Below are positions 26,735 to 40,117 of a DNA stretch of 64,000 nucleotides, in pieces; the stretch's first letter is position 1; each line of letters starts with the position of its first letter. The translations under genes were made by a program, and so were the position numbers. The stretch is from Lama guanicoe (Eukaryota). The stretch lies in the NCBI GenBank assembly GCA_013239625.1, contig MU053881.1, positions 9,075,957 through 9,139,956 on the forward strand. The letters run 5' to 3'. The notes beneath the pieces are model-generated. The model saw nothing but the letters and a program-made list of their open reading frames with translations. It was not told the DNA's origin and did no database searches.

Positions 26735-27315
26735 ATGGGGACCTGTGCATTTTGCCTGCCTTGCATCAATTCCTCCTTCTTTTGGTAGCTGTGGCTCGAT
26801 TTCCTTTGGGGAAAACCACACCACCCTGACTCCATATCATTCGCTATTGGTCTGTGCCAACTCCAGGAATGAAAACCTCTGCCAAGCCTGGCTAAGCACG
26901 TCATTCTAGTCTTTTGATCACTATGGTTGGCTGCAGCATGTGCACGTGAGTCAGGACAGCCCAATGAGAGTCCATTCTGAGAATCCTTAAGAAAGAGATG
27001 GCTCTTTGTGTTGGGTTTTCTGGTTGTAGGAATTCTGTAAGCCTGCAACTCCTGGGAACCAGAGGCGGAGGGTCGTGTCTGAAGTCCGTGCCAAACGTAA
27101 AGAAGAGAGACACACACAAGGTCTCAGTGACGTGGTCTGTACCATGGAATCTAGTCAAGCCTGAAGCAAATGATACCCTTGCACTCTGAGGTGAAGTGAG
27201 GCATCTCCTAGACCTTTTTTTGTACTTATTCATTTCATTGTTGTTGTTGTCCTTATTTACTTCAGCCAGTTTGAACTGGGTCTCCTACCAGCAAATGAAA
27301 GTCATAATTAATAAG
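26735..27315 (+). mobile_element. Old ERVL/MaLR solo LTR (MLT1K/L-like)
   Basis: ttggctgcagcatgtgcacgtgagtcaggacagcccaatgagagt...atctagtcaagcctgaagc...cttcagccagtttgaactgggt...gaaagtcataattaata. Confidence 0.7.
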
Positions 27316-27979
27316 ATACATAGCTTGTGAAAAGCACTCCACCAAATTAACTTGGCAGTCCCTCTCAGTTCCGGTGACATGGCTGGAGTGACACCAGTTA
27401 CATAAGAATGAAAATCAGAATTACTTTGTTCCCTGTGCTATTATTCAAACCTACGGCTTAAAGTGGCTATGAACTTTAAAAAATATCTAATATTTCTAAA
27501 AATAGACTGTCTAACCCAACTTGCCTTACATCTGAAAAAAAAAAAAAGCCAGGTTTGTGCTATTCTAAAGTCACATTCTAAGATAGGCAGCTTATATAAT
27601 TTTGTTTACGATCTGATTTTCAAAACATTTGAGGGGACCGATTGAGATTATAGAAATTCAGCTACAGTGAGAGACAAATTAATGCTTCTGAATTTCTTCA
27701 CTACTGATTCTAAATCTCATAACCATGAGTTATTTAAATGCATCATTGTCAGTATTCCAAGGAGAGGCACAACGATAAATAAGATTCTTGCTCAGTTCAA
27801 GGAACTCTAAAGATATGTAAGGAAAAAATATCTATTATTTTGCACTTTTTCTGACCACTCAACTAAAATTCTGAAATAGTATATATTTGATGCTTTTTGA
27901 TACTTTGATTTTAATGCAGTTTGTTATTTATATTAGCAACTAAGTTATATCTTTTGAAAATAAAATTAAAATATGTTTT

Positions 27980-28040
27980 TGAACTGTACCCAACAGTCCC
28001 TGGCACAGAAAAGTTCCTCAAATATTTGATGAATGAATGA
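27980..28040 (+). mobile_element. L2 3' tail
   Basis: cagtccctggcacagaaaagttcctcaaatatttgatgaatgaatga. Confidence 0.65.
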
Positions 28041-29916
28041 CACATAAAAACACATGTCCAAAAAATATATTAAAAGTAGGTATTAAGATATATAAAAACT
28101 TTAATAAAGACAGGAAAATGTACTTTCTGCTAGTTACTAGTTACTATTTAGACCAGGGTTTTGGTATGTATATTTCCAGGAAAACACATTCCAATGCTAT
28201 GTGTTAGATTTAAAAACAAACAAAGAAACAAAAACTATCTGAACAAAAAGACACATTTTCACACGTCTTTCGTGCAGGACTTCTCAGAGCCTTTAATATG
28301 TCAGTATGCCTTTAAATATACAAGAAGGGAGATAAGCAAAGTAGTGGTTCTGTCATAACTCTCCTCATTTGACAACCAAATTTAATTTTTGTGGAATATT
28401 TCTTAGTAAGAGCATTCTTCAGACCCCACTTTTGAGGAATGCTTCCAGACTCTCCCTGCCAGCATCCAGAAAAGGGCTTGACTAATGCCGTTTCTTTGAG
28501 AAATGCATTGTAAACCATAGTAAAGTCAGAGGAAATTTTGGTATGCACCCAGATACATCATAAAATTAACTGTTTTCAATAAATTATTGATTTTTATCTG
28601 ATTTGGGGTGTATTTATAAAAATGAGCATGATGGTCCAAATAATGGTTTAAATAATCAAGAGCTTTGGCATGTCACTCAGTGACTTGGAAGAAAGAGGTG
28701 GCATCTTCCCATTCTTCTGGGTTTCATTATGGCAAACACATCATCTGGGGAGGCAGGTGTGTGTGTCTCGTATAGATAAAGGAATCCAACATCCACTTAC
28801 TGGAATGTGCAACTGAACTCTACAATAATATCTTTCCCTTGGATCCCAACAAAATAGAGAGCTTAGAGGAGCAGAAAGAATGAACCGGGATGTAGAAATG
28901 ATCTGCATAAACTCATCAAAGGATCATGCGGTGAAGGCACAGATTATTGGAAAGAGGAAACATGAAGACCAAGCAATGCTTTAAAAGAATGCCTGAAGTG
29001 AAAAGGATACTGTTTCAAAACTCAGAGGCAGTTCTACATTTCTTAGGTATCAATAAAAGGTGGATAAATGTGTCAAGGAGAGTATGGAGGATTTCATTTG
29101 CTCCTCGTATTCCACCACACTTTGGGTTACTCCTTATTGATTTATGATTTCATTAAAGCCCTAGGGATATGTCTTCCTGCATATTTCTAGTTGATGATTG
29201 AGTATGTCTGTGATGTTTTGTAAAGAACACGTGGAATGCTTCCTTGCAAAGCTTCACTCTCTTTTAAAGCAACACTTATAATAGTTCAATACAACAACAA
29301 ATAAGCATCATTTGTTCCCCTCTTTATCTTATCTTTGTTCCACAGGAATTTAAATGCAAATGGGAAATAGAACGAGCACCAGCCAATGCATCAACTGCTC
29401 CCACAATGTAATCATCGCAATCTATAAAGCAAAACAGGCTTTCTTGTGCTCTCTGCTCACTGTCACAGTATTTTGTGTTTGGAAATACATTCCGTGGGTG
29501 TTATTTTCAACCATATTTGAAAAGGAACACGCTGAGGAATCATCCCAGTGTTTGTGTGAAAAGTGTAATGTTTGCCTGTGCATGTATGGAACAACTTTAT
29601 TCTTTATTTGGCTTATTTTCACAAAACAATTAAGGGAAATGTATTTTTAGCATCAATAATGAAAACCAGGGAACTCAAAGGGAGGGCTGATTTTTCTCAG
29701 CCTTATCTAAGCAGAGCTTCCTCCCTTGTTACGCACGATGTGCCCTACCTGACAGGTTCCTGACACACTCCACTCCGATTTATTGGCCAGTCCTTACAAC
29801 CTGCCTCTTGCCCTGAACTGTTACAGAACACCCCAAACATTAGTCCTTTTACCCTGAGAAACTACCATCTTTCAGTACTCTAGAAATGGTCCCAGGGGAA
29901 TGGACTGGTTCCTAGA

Positions 29917-30072
29917 CCAGTGGTTCTTAACTTAATCATGCACGAAATTCTCCAGGGCAACTTGTTAAGACACAGGCTCTTAGACTTCAGACCTAGAGAT
30001 TTAGGTTCAGCACATTTGGAGGAATCTGCATTTTTAATATGCATCACATGTGATGTCAATGCACATGCTCCC
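29917..30072. mobile_element. MER5A-like element
   Basis: cagtggttcttaactt...cttgttaagacacagg...gaatctgcatttttaa. Confidence 0.75.
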
Positions 30073-30085
30073 ATGTTCTGCCAGC

Positions 30086-30320
30086 TCAGGGATCAACAGA
30101 CTGAGGCCATGGGCCAGATCTGACCTACTGCTTGTTCTTCTAAATAAAGATTTGCTAGAACCCAGCGACACCTAATTTTTTGTCTATGGCTAAAGGAGTC
30201 TGTGGCTACTTTGAAACTACAATGAGACAGCTGAGTAGCTGTGATGGAGAATGCATGGTTTGGGAAGCAGATAACATTTACTTTCTAGCTTTTTATAGAA
30301 ATCTTTGTCTGCCTCTCCTC
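30086..30320. mobile_element. MER58A-like hAT-Charlie element
   Basis: cagggatcaacagact..ggccatgggccagatctg...taaataaagatttgctagaacccagc...gctgagtagctgtga...catttactttctagctttttatagaaa. Confidence 0.85.
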
Positions 30321-30409
30321 TGTATGGTATTGTACTAAGTTTTATGTTTCAGACTTGAAGTATCAAAATATTACGGTGTTATAACACGTTTTCAGTGTCT
30401 TCCTCAATA

Positions 30410-31215
30410 ACTTAACACTGTCCCCTGGTTTCTCATCACACTTAATTTTTGCTCTGGCCCAAAAGGCCCTTATTTGACGTGGATGCTGGGACTCTCACAA
30501 ACTTCATTTCTTCATTATCTGCCCCAAGCCTTAGCTTACCGTGTCCCAGGCACACTGGTCCTTCTTTCTGGTCCTCACACGTGCCACATCTGTTCATGCC
30601 TTAAGGTCTCTGCCCTTGATGCCACTTTGAAAACAGGGTATGTACTTTCATGCATTAAAAAAAAATCAGTATATACTTAGAGGACTTTTACTGTGTGCTT
30701 AGGAATTGCGCTGAGTGCTTGGCATACACTGTACTTAGTAAGAGAAGTTTGTTTTGATTTTTTTTCCCTGAAGAAGCTTACAATTTAATAGGGGAGAGAA
30801 GCGTCAAATAACTAAGGATGCAAAGTCTGCAATGAAAAATTATGGAAAATGCTATAATGGAAAACAACCGGTGGCCTGAGAAAGAACATGAAGAGTCCTG
30901 GTTTGATTTGGGGAGACAAGGAAGGCCGCTCTTAGCAAGCGGTATTTATACCACGATCTGAATAAAGGTAGAACTTGCCCAAGAATTTAATTTTTGTTCA
31001 ACTTTCTACAACGAGAAAATACTGAAGGATTTTAAGCAGATGAATAACATGTTCCGACATCTGGCTTTAAACAGAACACTGCCCAACCAGGAGACGCAGC
31101 GTTCTGTACTTAGCTGTGTTCTAAGTCAGAGCACAGTGTCTGATAGAATGCTGTATTTTCTCTCGAACCTAGCAGAATGCCCTGCAGGCTTCATGTAACA
31201 AATAGTTGAATAAAT
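30410..31215. mobile_element. L2 fragments in both orientations
   Basis: cacactggtccttctttctggtcctcacacgtgcca (+); gaagcttacaattta, gaaggattttaagcag (-); tagcagaatgcc...gttgaataaat. Confidence 0.55.
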
Positions 31216-31311
31216 TTAAAAAGAGTATATTTTATAAAAACAGCAAAGTCAATTCATCCAAGGAGTTAAGACTCACCCTTAGAGAATAACCCATTTCAAA
31301 GACACACATGC

Positions 31312-31615
31312 ATATAGTGAGATATAACTGATGTGTAACACTGTGTTAGTTTCAGGTGTATAACATAATGATTTAATGTATTTATATATTGGGAAGTGAT
31401 CGCCACACTGTCTACTAACATCCATCACCACACGTTACTTTTTTTTTCTTGTGATGAGGACTTTAAGTTCTACTCTCTTAGCAACTTGCAAATGTGCGAT
31501 ACAGTGTTCTGAACTAGTCACTAAGCTGTGCTTCACATCCCAGGAATGATTCATTTTATGACCAGAAGTGTGTACCTTGTGACCACCTTCACCCATTTCT
31601 CTCACACCCTACCTA
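31312..31615 (-). mobile_element. L1 (L1MA-type) 3' UTR fragment
   Basis: gttagtttcaggtgtataacataatgattt...tactctcttagcaactt.caaat...gaagtgtgtaccttgtgaccaccttcacccattt. Confidence 0.85.
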
Positions 31616-32051
31616 CTTTCTGTTTCAGAAGAGCGATCTGTCTTGGATAAGTCAACGTGTCTGTGGTCTTGCTCCGAAGACTGTGGGGTGAGCACAGGCT
31701 TCTCGTGCAAGGAATGCGATGGTTCTTCTCCATCATTTTCACCTGCCTCCGACCTTTGCTGCCCTTTCTAAGAAGAAAGTGTGTTGCATATGGATTGCTC
31801 AAATTCTAGCATTTTGGACCTGGCTAGAGTATCAAGAGATGACACTTATTTAAAGAGCTTATGAAGGCACTTATGAAGAGCTGCAGCATCTTGGGACTCA
31901 GGTGGTCCCACCTGTAAGCGATTCTGGCTTCCTTTGTGTCTACCTTTTTCAGCATCACCCACGTAATATGCAAGGCCAAGTGCAAAAGGAAGATACAAGA
32001 CTTTTGGTCAAGTTATTAACAACTTCAGCAGAGGGCTGCAGTATGTCTAAC

Positions 32052-32637
32052 TGAGACAGAAGGGAAGGGGGCAGGGCACAGCCACTGAAGGAAGGACACA
32101 GCAACTGAGGACAGGACAAACTGGTTAGAAGAAAGATGGCAGAAGATTCGACCTCCAGGAGACCTTGAGCCCCATGGCACACCCACAGGCGCCATGACGC
32201 TTCCTAGGCTGACCTTAAAGGCTAAAAAGTAGGGCCCAATTCCTGGAAATCCCCGCCCCTCCTCCCAAATAGCTGGAATAATCCTCCTCCTCCTTAGCAT
32301 CTGAAATTACTGAGCCCATAAAAACAACAACCCTGCACCTCCTGGTCCCTCTCTCTGGCCTTCAGAGACGGCCTACACTCTCTCTATGGAGTGCGTATGT
32401 ACTTTTACTTTAAACTAAACACCCCACACTTCTCAGTCTCTCTCCCTCTCAGCTTTTGAGATGACCTGCCTTCTGCTCATGGAGTGTGTGTCTCCTAAGC
32501 CGCCTTCCCTTCTGAGCGAGTCGGACCCCACCTTGTCTATGGAGTGTGTCTCTCTCTAAATAAACTTGCTTTCACTTTACCATGCCTTGCTCTTGAATTC
32601 TGTTCTGCGTGAGGCAAGAACCTATTCTCCGGCAGCA
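32052..32637 (+). mobile_element. ERV1 solo LTR, MER41-like
   Basis: TG...CA termini, TATA-like cataaaaa 32317-32324, aataaa 32559-32564, MER41-type U5 ctcttgaattctgttctgcgtgaggcaagaacc, imperfect 4-bp TSD taac/aaac. Confidence 0.8.
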
Positions 32638-33504
32638 AAACCAAGTGTGTGTGATCCTTGTGAGCACAGGACAACGGCACGGATCACAAGCCGGTGAAGC
32701 AGGCACCGGGCCCTCACTCTCCAGGTGAGTCTCTCAGTGGGACTCAGCTGCAGCTGCCTCGGGGGAAGCCCTGAATCACTGCAAAGGTCTGAACCTGGGG
32801 CCTCGGGCAGCTGACCTCCAGGCGCTGCGGCCAAACCTTATGCTCTTTTGGCTTTGCCTCTGTTACCCTCTGGAAAGGCCGGAAACTGCGTGGGACTTGC
32901 CTTGAATTTGAGAGTAAGATCAGGTTTGTGATTCCAGGAAAGAAGGAAAAACGACTTTCAGCAAGTATTAGTTCCAGGCGACTTAGCTCTAATAAACCCA
33001 GACAAAAGAGTCTTCTGTATGCTCCAGCCCAGGTCACTGGAGTTCTACATCAGTAACTGGGGTCAGTGTTCAAATTAATAATGGTGTCCTTGTGCCCGGA
33101 TTGTGCACACATTTCCAAGGGTTCTCCAGGGGAAAAAGGACTAGTCTGGGACAGAATTTGGGGTTTAAAAATCTGTGTCTTGGACATCCTCACTCTCCAT
33201 ATCTACTGGCAGAATCATTTCAACATAATGCACAGAACAGTCCAACTCATTTGCTGAGATGCTTTGAGTAGCCAAATAGTTGAACAAAAATGCAGCAACA
33301 CCAAATCTTTTCTTTTTTTTTTTCCCCTCTACTGAATTCACCCCAATGCCTATGGACACAGCTTTGTGCTTCCAAAATCTGAGCAAATGTGATGTGACTG
33401 CCTCAGTAAAGTATTAGGATAAAGTGATCGTGTTCAACACAAATTGGCAATTCACCCAGAATACATGTCAAGTAGGGAAGACCTTCCGATTCTAACTGTC
33501 CCAG

Positions 33505-33842
33505 TGTAATGGACATCTGTTGCCTTGCTTTCTCTTGGTCAAGGGGTAGACACATGGTCACAACCAGGAAAGGAACCTACTGTCCTAGGAGTTAGTCTTG
33601 AGCAACATAACACAAAAACCAAAACTGAGTAGAATCATGTGAGGAAAACTGTTGGTGTAGATTTAACCTATTTGTACCTTCTTGTTTTCCACTTCCTTGG
33701 AGCTGTCTTGCTTCCAGGCCACTGCAATGCTTTTCTTTGGAGTCTGTGTATTTGCTTAATCTGATATTCCTTTCTAAAACTATTTTCTGAACTTGGAGTC
33801 AGTTTCTGTTGCTTGCAACCAATGAACCGATACCAACATACA
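33505..33842 (+). mobile_element. ERVL-type LTR relic (LTR16/LTR33-like)
   Basis: Starts tgtaatggacatctg; ends agtcagtttctgttgcttgcaaccaatgaac...aca. Confidence 0.6.
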
Positions 33843-34859
33843 CACAAAGTGACTATTGATCTCCCATAATTTTAAGTAACTAACAAAGTTTCATATGAAA
33901 CAAGGATATAATATTTATCGCTTATGGTGCTTATTGCACAGATGTTATTGATTTTATTACTTTTCTAGTTTATTTATTTAACACTTTTTTATTAATAATA
34001 GGCACCAGCTTGGAAGCCACTTTACCACTGAGAATTCTAGTGTAAAAGGAGCGCATCTGTGCTGACAAGACAGCTCACTAGATTGACCTAGATAATGCAT
34101 TGTATAATTCTGGCTTCACAACAGACACCGAATGATGAAAACATAAGTAAACGAGTGAAAATTCAACCCTCTATTCCCTGTTCCATGTTATTTCTGAACG
34201 TACCACTTGGTAGAGTTTTTACTTCACCTCCTTGCTTGGAAATGTTGTTTGAGGTTTTTAGAATCATGTCATCAACAAACTCTCTCTATAATCATTGTGT
34301 ATTGATGAATAGCTTCAAGACGAAGAGGTAAAGGTTAAAAAAAAAAAAGAGTGGAAAAGGCATGTAAAATGAGTATAATGCTAAAAAAAAAAAAAAAGGC
34401 AATGCTGGATAATTCCCAATCTCAAGCAAAATGTGAAATTCTCTTGAATTCGCCCAAAAACTTGAGAGTAGTTCCTCTGTTAGCAAGTCAGGACTAGGAT
34501 GAAGTGAGGGAGGAGCGAAATTTAAGGAGGCCCTCACTGTCTCCTCTCATGGGAGTGCAGAGTTAGCACCTGAGAGTCAATGCTTCCTTCCCTGCTGCAC
34601 CCAAGGCACCCCCCCTCCCCTGCCACACCTGGGTTCAGGCCCCGTCTGCGAGAACAATCAAGAGCTGTAAAGAGGAATACTCTTCCATTCAGATGTGGCA
34701 GAGGACAAGACAAGTTCACAAAGAACTCTTAACTAAGGCTGAATGAAATATGTACCATAGTTGAGATGCAACATGACTGATGGTGGAGAGACACTGTGTT
34801 GAACTGAGAACACCGATAAAGGTTCATGCAAGGAGGGTTTGAGGTTGGTTGACAGTATT

Positions 34860-35240
34860 TGTTTTCTCTTTCAGAAAATGCAACTCTGACTTAAGCAAAA
34901 AGGAAAGGGATTGGTTGCTATAACTAACAATTTCAGGGGCCTGGTGTAATTTGATCCAGAACTGATTTCTTTTTCCCTACCTCCTTCTGGGTTGGCTCCG
35001 TTCTCTGGTAGGCAAGATGGCTATGGTTAACTCTTGATCTTCCATCCCCTCAGGTTCAAATCCAATAGAAGTAAATGAAGACTGCTTCCCAGTGGTTTCT
35101 TCAAAAGCCCTCAGACCAGCTGTTTGCCTACCTTAAGTCACATGCCATTTCAGAACCAATTCCTATGAGTAGAGAAATGTAGCTTCGCTGATGGGCTAAG
35201 CCCTATGTCACATGACCCACCTCTAGAACAAGGGTTGGGT
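34860..35240 (-). mobile_element. MaLR LTR relic (MLT1K/L-like)
   Basis: gacttaagcaaaaagg...ggcaagatggct...agtcacatgccatttcagaaccaat...gtcacatgacccacctctaga. Confidence 0.7.
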
Positions 35241-35539
35241 TGAGGGTTTGGAAGGAGTGGAGCCAGAGACAGTCACTCCCACTGGGAAGGCAAAAAATGA
35301 AGCTTCAATAAATGTGCCTTTAAATGTGGATCAGATACCTACTTTTAGAGACAAGGACATTCTGAGAAGAGGAAACATAAGGAAAGAAAAATAGGCAGAA
35401 AATACCAGGAAGTATTCAAGATTATGAAATGATCCAATTTAGGTCAAGTACAAGATATAATTAAGTTACTTAGATATATAGAGTTACTTCCCTGTAATTC
35501 TATTTTTTTGGTCATATTCTTTGTTTCTATTATACCACT

Positions 35540-35579
35540 TTGTGTGTATGTGTATGTGTGTGTGTGTGTGTGTGTGTGT
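35540..35579. repeat. Imperfect (GT)n microsatellite
   Basis: Direct read. Confidence 0.9.
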
Positions 35580-36600
35580 TTGGCCTTTCTCTTCTGATAG
35601 ACTGAAAGTTTCACATCTGTATTGTTGTATCTCTGGGATTTTGTATACTTGGGTCTTCAATCAATGATTGTTGAAAAATAAAGGGATGAATTAATAGAGT
35701 AATGAGTGAAACACAGAAAACTAGCCTAGAAGCAGTCAGGGTCATACTGCACAGGAATCTGAAAATCGAGCTAAAAATTTTAGACTTGATTGTATGGCTC
35801 ACAACTGTTTGGGAGCATGGACATCAAATGATCAGAGCTGTACTCCAGAAAATAAATTAACTTTACAGTTTTATAACCTGGAGGGAAAGAGAGAGAAAAA
35901 GAGGAAGAAGCTGGACGACCTGTTGGGAGGTTATTTTACTATTTCAGGTCCTGAAATACTATTTCAGTACTCCTGAGGACCTGATTGGAGTGACAATGAT
36001 GGCAAACGGGAAAGGGAAAGTACAGATACTGGTATAAATAGAGAAGCTGGTCAGCAATTAAAGGGAGAGAGGGATGGAGAGGAGTCAGAAGGAATGAGAT
36101 CGTGAATCTGGTTGCCCCTGACAACGGAAATGCCTTAACTGAGATCAGAGGCCACAGTTGCTTGGTGGTTTGAGGAAGGGTATAAATGAATGACAGCTCA
36201 GACACGTTGACCACCATTCAAGGGGGATAAATTCCACTAGCTGTCAGAAATGCTTGTATGAACTGAGCACAGATTTGGGGCTAAAGACTCCTCCTCCTGA
36301 AGGAGGAAGATGAGAAGGAGGAGGAGGCTGAAGTTGTGGAAGAGGATATAAATGGTAAGGAGGAAGAGAAAGAAAGAATGGGTTCAAAGTCAAATGTTAC
36401 TGTTAAATATGTTAGAGTCTGGGCTCTGTTCCAAGGATAGTATCGTGAGAAACCATGGGTGGTGTTTAAGCAAAGAAAGAATGTGTTTTGATGTAAATTT
36501 TAAAGAGAAGACTTCGGGTGTTCTAGAGAGAGTGGAATTAAGGTCAGGCAATTGCTGGTCCCAGAGGCAGAAATCAGGGACCTCACTCTTCATCTAGATC
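35580..36600. mobile_element. Degenerate L2 fragments, mostly minus strand
   Basis: gttgaaaaataaagggatgaat tail; ttgggaggttattttactatttcagg; agatttggggct; ccatgggtggtgtttaagcaag. Confidence 0.55.
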
Positions 36601-39038
36601 AGGTGGCCACAGTCCTTCTGGTCCTTTTTCTAGATCTTTAAAACAAAACAAGTCAGAACAAAATTCTACCATTTAGCACTGAAAGGAGGGGGAGGATACA
36701 GCAGGGAAAGAGAAAAGGATTAGTGAAGTAGATAGGACCTTTAGTCCATGTTACAGCTGCAGAATTGAGGCTGAGACAATTGAGCAGCTGGGGAGAGGAG
36801 GCAACGATGACACCCACGTGCAATGCCACCATCCTCTACTCTTAACCACTGTGCTATCCTTGCTGCCGGTAGGTTCAGGGTAATTTTCCCCAATTTTTCA
36901 ATTTTTCAAAAAAATTGGACTGATCAAGATTTCTCTGGGTAATACATGTGGCAGAGAAAAATTTGGAAACTAAGTGATTCAGAACAAAAAGGACCTCTGT
37001 TTGACCTCTATGAACAAAGAGCTTACATAACTTGCCCGAGGTCACGCAAGACATGAAGAATTAGAGGTGGGCACTGTGCCCAGGCCTCCGGAGTCCCGTG
37101 ACACACAGGGTACAGTGATTTTCCCATTCTGTCCTGGGTTTTCTTTCTATGTGAAACTGAACTGGATCCTGAGAGTTACAGGTTGCAGCTGTCAAGTGGG
37201 AACTTTTACCGGAGGAGGTCATGAGTTCAGAAGACAGAGAGACCTAGAAGGGAGCTCAGATAATAAAGAGTGAAACAGACCTAGAGTAAGAAACACACTT
37301 TTTCAGAGGCTGAGTATCACTCACCATTAGTCATCATACATCCAGCCTTACCCTTTGTTTTTGCCTGGCCCTGACATATATGCAAAAATGCAAACTCAAA
37401 CGAAGATATTGATGTGTGAAGGAAATTCAGTGAGAGGTGGTTCTTACGTGGAGGGTGCTGATGAGTAGCCTTTTTTTTTTTTTTAAGCCAAATTTCAAGC
37501 AGGGCTACGGGACACTGATTTCCTATGACACGAGGGTGCCCTTCTGTCATTATACAATGTTAACGCCCCTTGTTCTCATAACTTTGTACCCATGATAATA
37601 AGTAACATGAGCTTTGCTACAGGAAAACATTGTAACACCAGGATTTCTTTTTCACTCTCAAGTCTAACAGTTACCACGCAAAAAGACTATTTAGATGATT
37701 TTATTTACACTCCCTTGTCTTCATGGATCAGACAGGGGTTGAACCACGGACTGTCAGTTTCTCTACCTGTGGAATCATTGTGGCAAATCACAGAGAATCC
37801 AGGTGACAGACCCTCACTGCCCAGACTTGATGCAAATCTACCTATACATTCACAGTAAAAATATTAGCCACTAATCTCTGCTGTCCCTTTTGCTTCTCCG
37901 GTGACAGTTCTGTTGTTTTGCCTCCCAGCATCATCTGGCTTTACTTTCTGTAAGTGTTGCTGCTCTCGGTTTCCAAAACCCCCTTCACGTTGCAAAAGAA
38001 ATGGCTTCACATTTTGTTTGAGCAACTATTACAAATAAAACCAACTGTATCGCAACCAGCCTTAAAGCCTTAGTGAGCACACTCCTAACCACCTTTCAAA
38101 GGTGGATCAGCATTAAAGATGTATTTCCGGGATCTCATAAAAGTTAAATGTATTTCCTCGGAACCTTAGCTGAATTAGGGGCAAAGCCAGAAAAAAAGAA
38201 TTATTACCTCCACTTTAGCCTTTAGGCCATGTTATAAGAACAGACACCCCATCAAACAACTTCATAAATGTGAAGAGCCTAATTAGAAAATTAATTCCCA
38301 GTTCTGCACATAGAACAAAGTCTGCTAAATGAGGAAAAGGCCGCAGCGGGGAAAGTCAAAGCAATGTGGAAATTCTCTCAGTTGGGAAACCTGCTTCTTC
38401 CAGGAGGGGAGAGATACCAAGACTAGGGAACTCAAGTTATCTTATGGAAAAAGACCCAGTGGCTTCGTTTCTCTGGCTTCGGGGACTTTCATTATTACTT
38501 ACAGGAGGTCAGGAAGTCCTAGAACTCTTTGAAGTAGGGGCCGCCTCCCATGATGAGGGGCGTGAATAAAGAAACAACAAAACAAAACAAACACCTTATC
38601 AACCATTCTACTAAACGAGTAATTCCTGAGTCTCGATGTATGCATGGGTTATCTATATGGCTTAATTTCCATTTGAAAAACTAGAAAATGCCCATGCATT
38701 GGAATGCATATTTTATCTTTGAATGCTGAACAGTACTGTTGCCTGAGATACTTCCTTCGATATGAATCTACTACTTATATAAGGACAAGGGATTTATACA
38801 CAAGAGGACCAGGTGTAAGACATGGGCTCAGACACTTAATACAATGTTAGCAGCCTGAAGGTATGATGCTGACAGCCTGGAGAACTAACGGGCTCCTTTA
38901 AAACACATCCATATCGCCCCTGTCTGTGTTTTCCAAGGGAACAGTCCACCTCTTTAAATGGGTTTCCGATGCAATTAAAATGAAAATGCCATAATGGGCC
39001 ATGACATAGGAACAAAACACATTCTCAGAAGGTTTCCT

Positions 39039-39040
<2 letters not shown>

Positions 39041-39068
<28 letters not shown>
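39041..39068. repeat. (TG)14 microsatellite
   Basis: Direct read. Confidence 0.95.
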
Positions 39069-39073
<5 letters not shown>

Positions 39074-40016
39074 CCTGAGCACTGAAAATTATCTCTTTGT
39101 CAGCCCCGTGGCATGGTCACAATGCAAGAGCCTCAGACTGGGGAGACGTGTTCATTAGGAGAATTGGATTACTAGGCAAAGTGCCAGCTTGTGTTGCTTT
39201 GTTTGGAAGAGAAAGGAAAGCTGGGTTCTCCAGCACCACCTGCCTGTCAAACCCCAGAGCATTTCTCAGCCTTTTAGGTCAACTTGGAGGATGTTAACTT
39301 GCATCAACAAAGGAAAGGGCAGGAAATTTGACTCCAAACCTGCTAATTTAATATACTGTCTTACAAATCAAGATCGTGTTGCAAGAGATATTTAAGGTGG
39401 TGTTAACCGGGAGGTACACACATAAAGAGAGATGGGGGTTTCAAATTAAGACCCAAGGAGAGGATTATCAAGTTGTGTGCTCTTTGCAGTATGAAAGATG
39501 TTTAATGATCAACTCTTAAAAGTCATCTTTTTCGTACCGATGAAACCACAAGGGCTCCGAAGGAGAAGAGGTCTGCTAAAAAGGAATGGTACTATGGTTG
39601 AACAAGAGGATCAAAGTCGGGGCCACTGCTAGGGAGGGGCCGCGGACTGAGCCCTTTTCATTTGCCTGAGATGCCCTGGAAAGTTGCCCTAACGTTCCAA
39701 GATCAAAGGACAGGCAGTTTGAGAGCAGAGCCTTCAAACTGTTTCCTAGTCCCTCAAACCAATTTCGGCTGGTAATTAACTGATTCCCAACATCAAAAGG
39801 TGAGATATCCCAGGAGGAGTCAAGGAAGATCAAAGCCTGTGGTGGGGGTCCCCCAGCACCCCTTCCACCCTCCGCCCTCTTTCCCAGACAGATATCCGTC
39901 CGACTGCAGTAAGTAAACAGTCACACTGCTTCTCACTAGAGACCAACATCAAACAGACTTCCCAATAACTTGCCGGAGTTTTCAAGTTCTGTTAGGAGAA
40001 AATGCGGAAGGTACAG

Positions 40017-40117
40017 GTAGAAGACCATATGGTCCAGATTTTAGGGGACAGTTTAGGTTTCTGATATTCAGTCCTGTTGTCCCCATGCGGGACAGATCCC
40101 TAAACAGGGTCACCCTG
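40017..40117. mobile_element. hAT-Blackjack-type MITE relic
   Basis: gaccatatggtccagatttt..gggacag...tcctgttgtcccc...gggtcaccctg terminal motif. Confidence 0.5.

Noticed and set aside
29310..29410. Plus-strand acceptor (ttgttccacag at 29345)
   Set aside because: All three frames stop within 22 codons and no donor is evident
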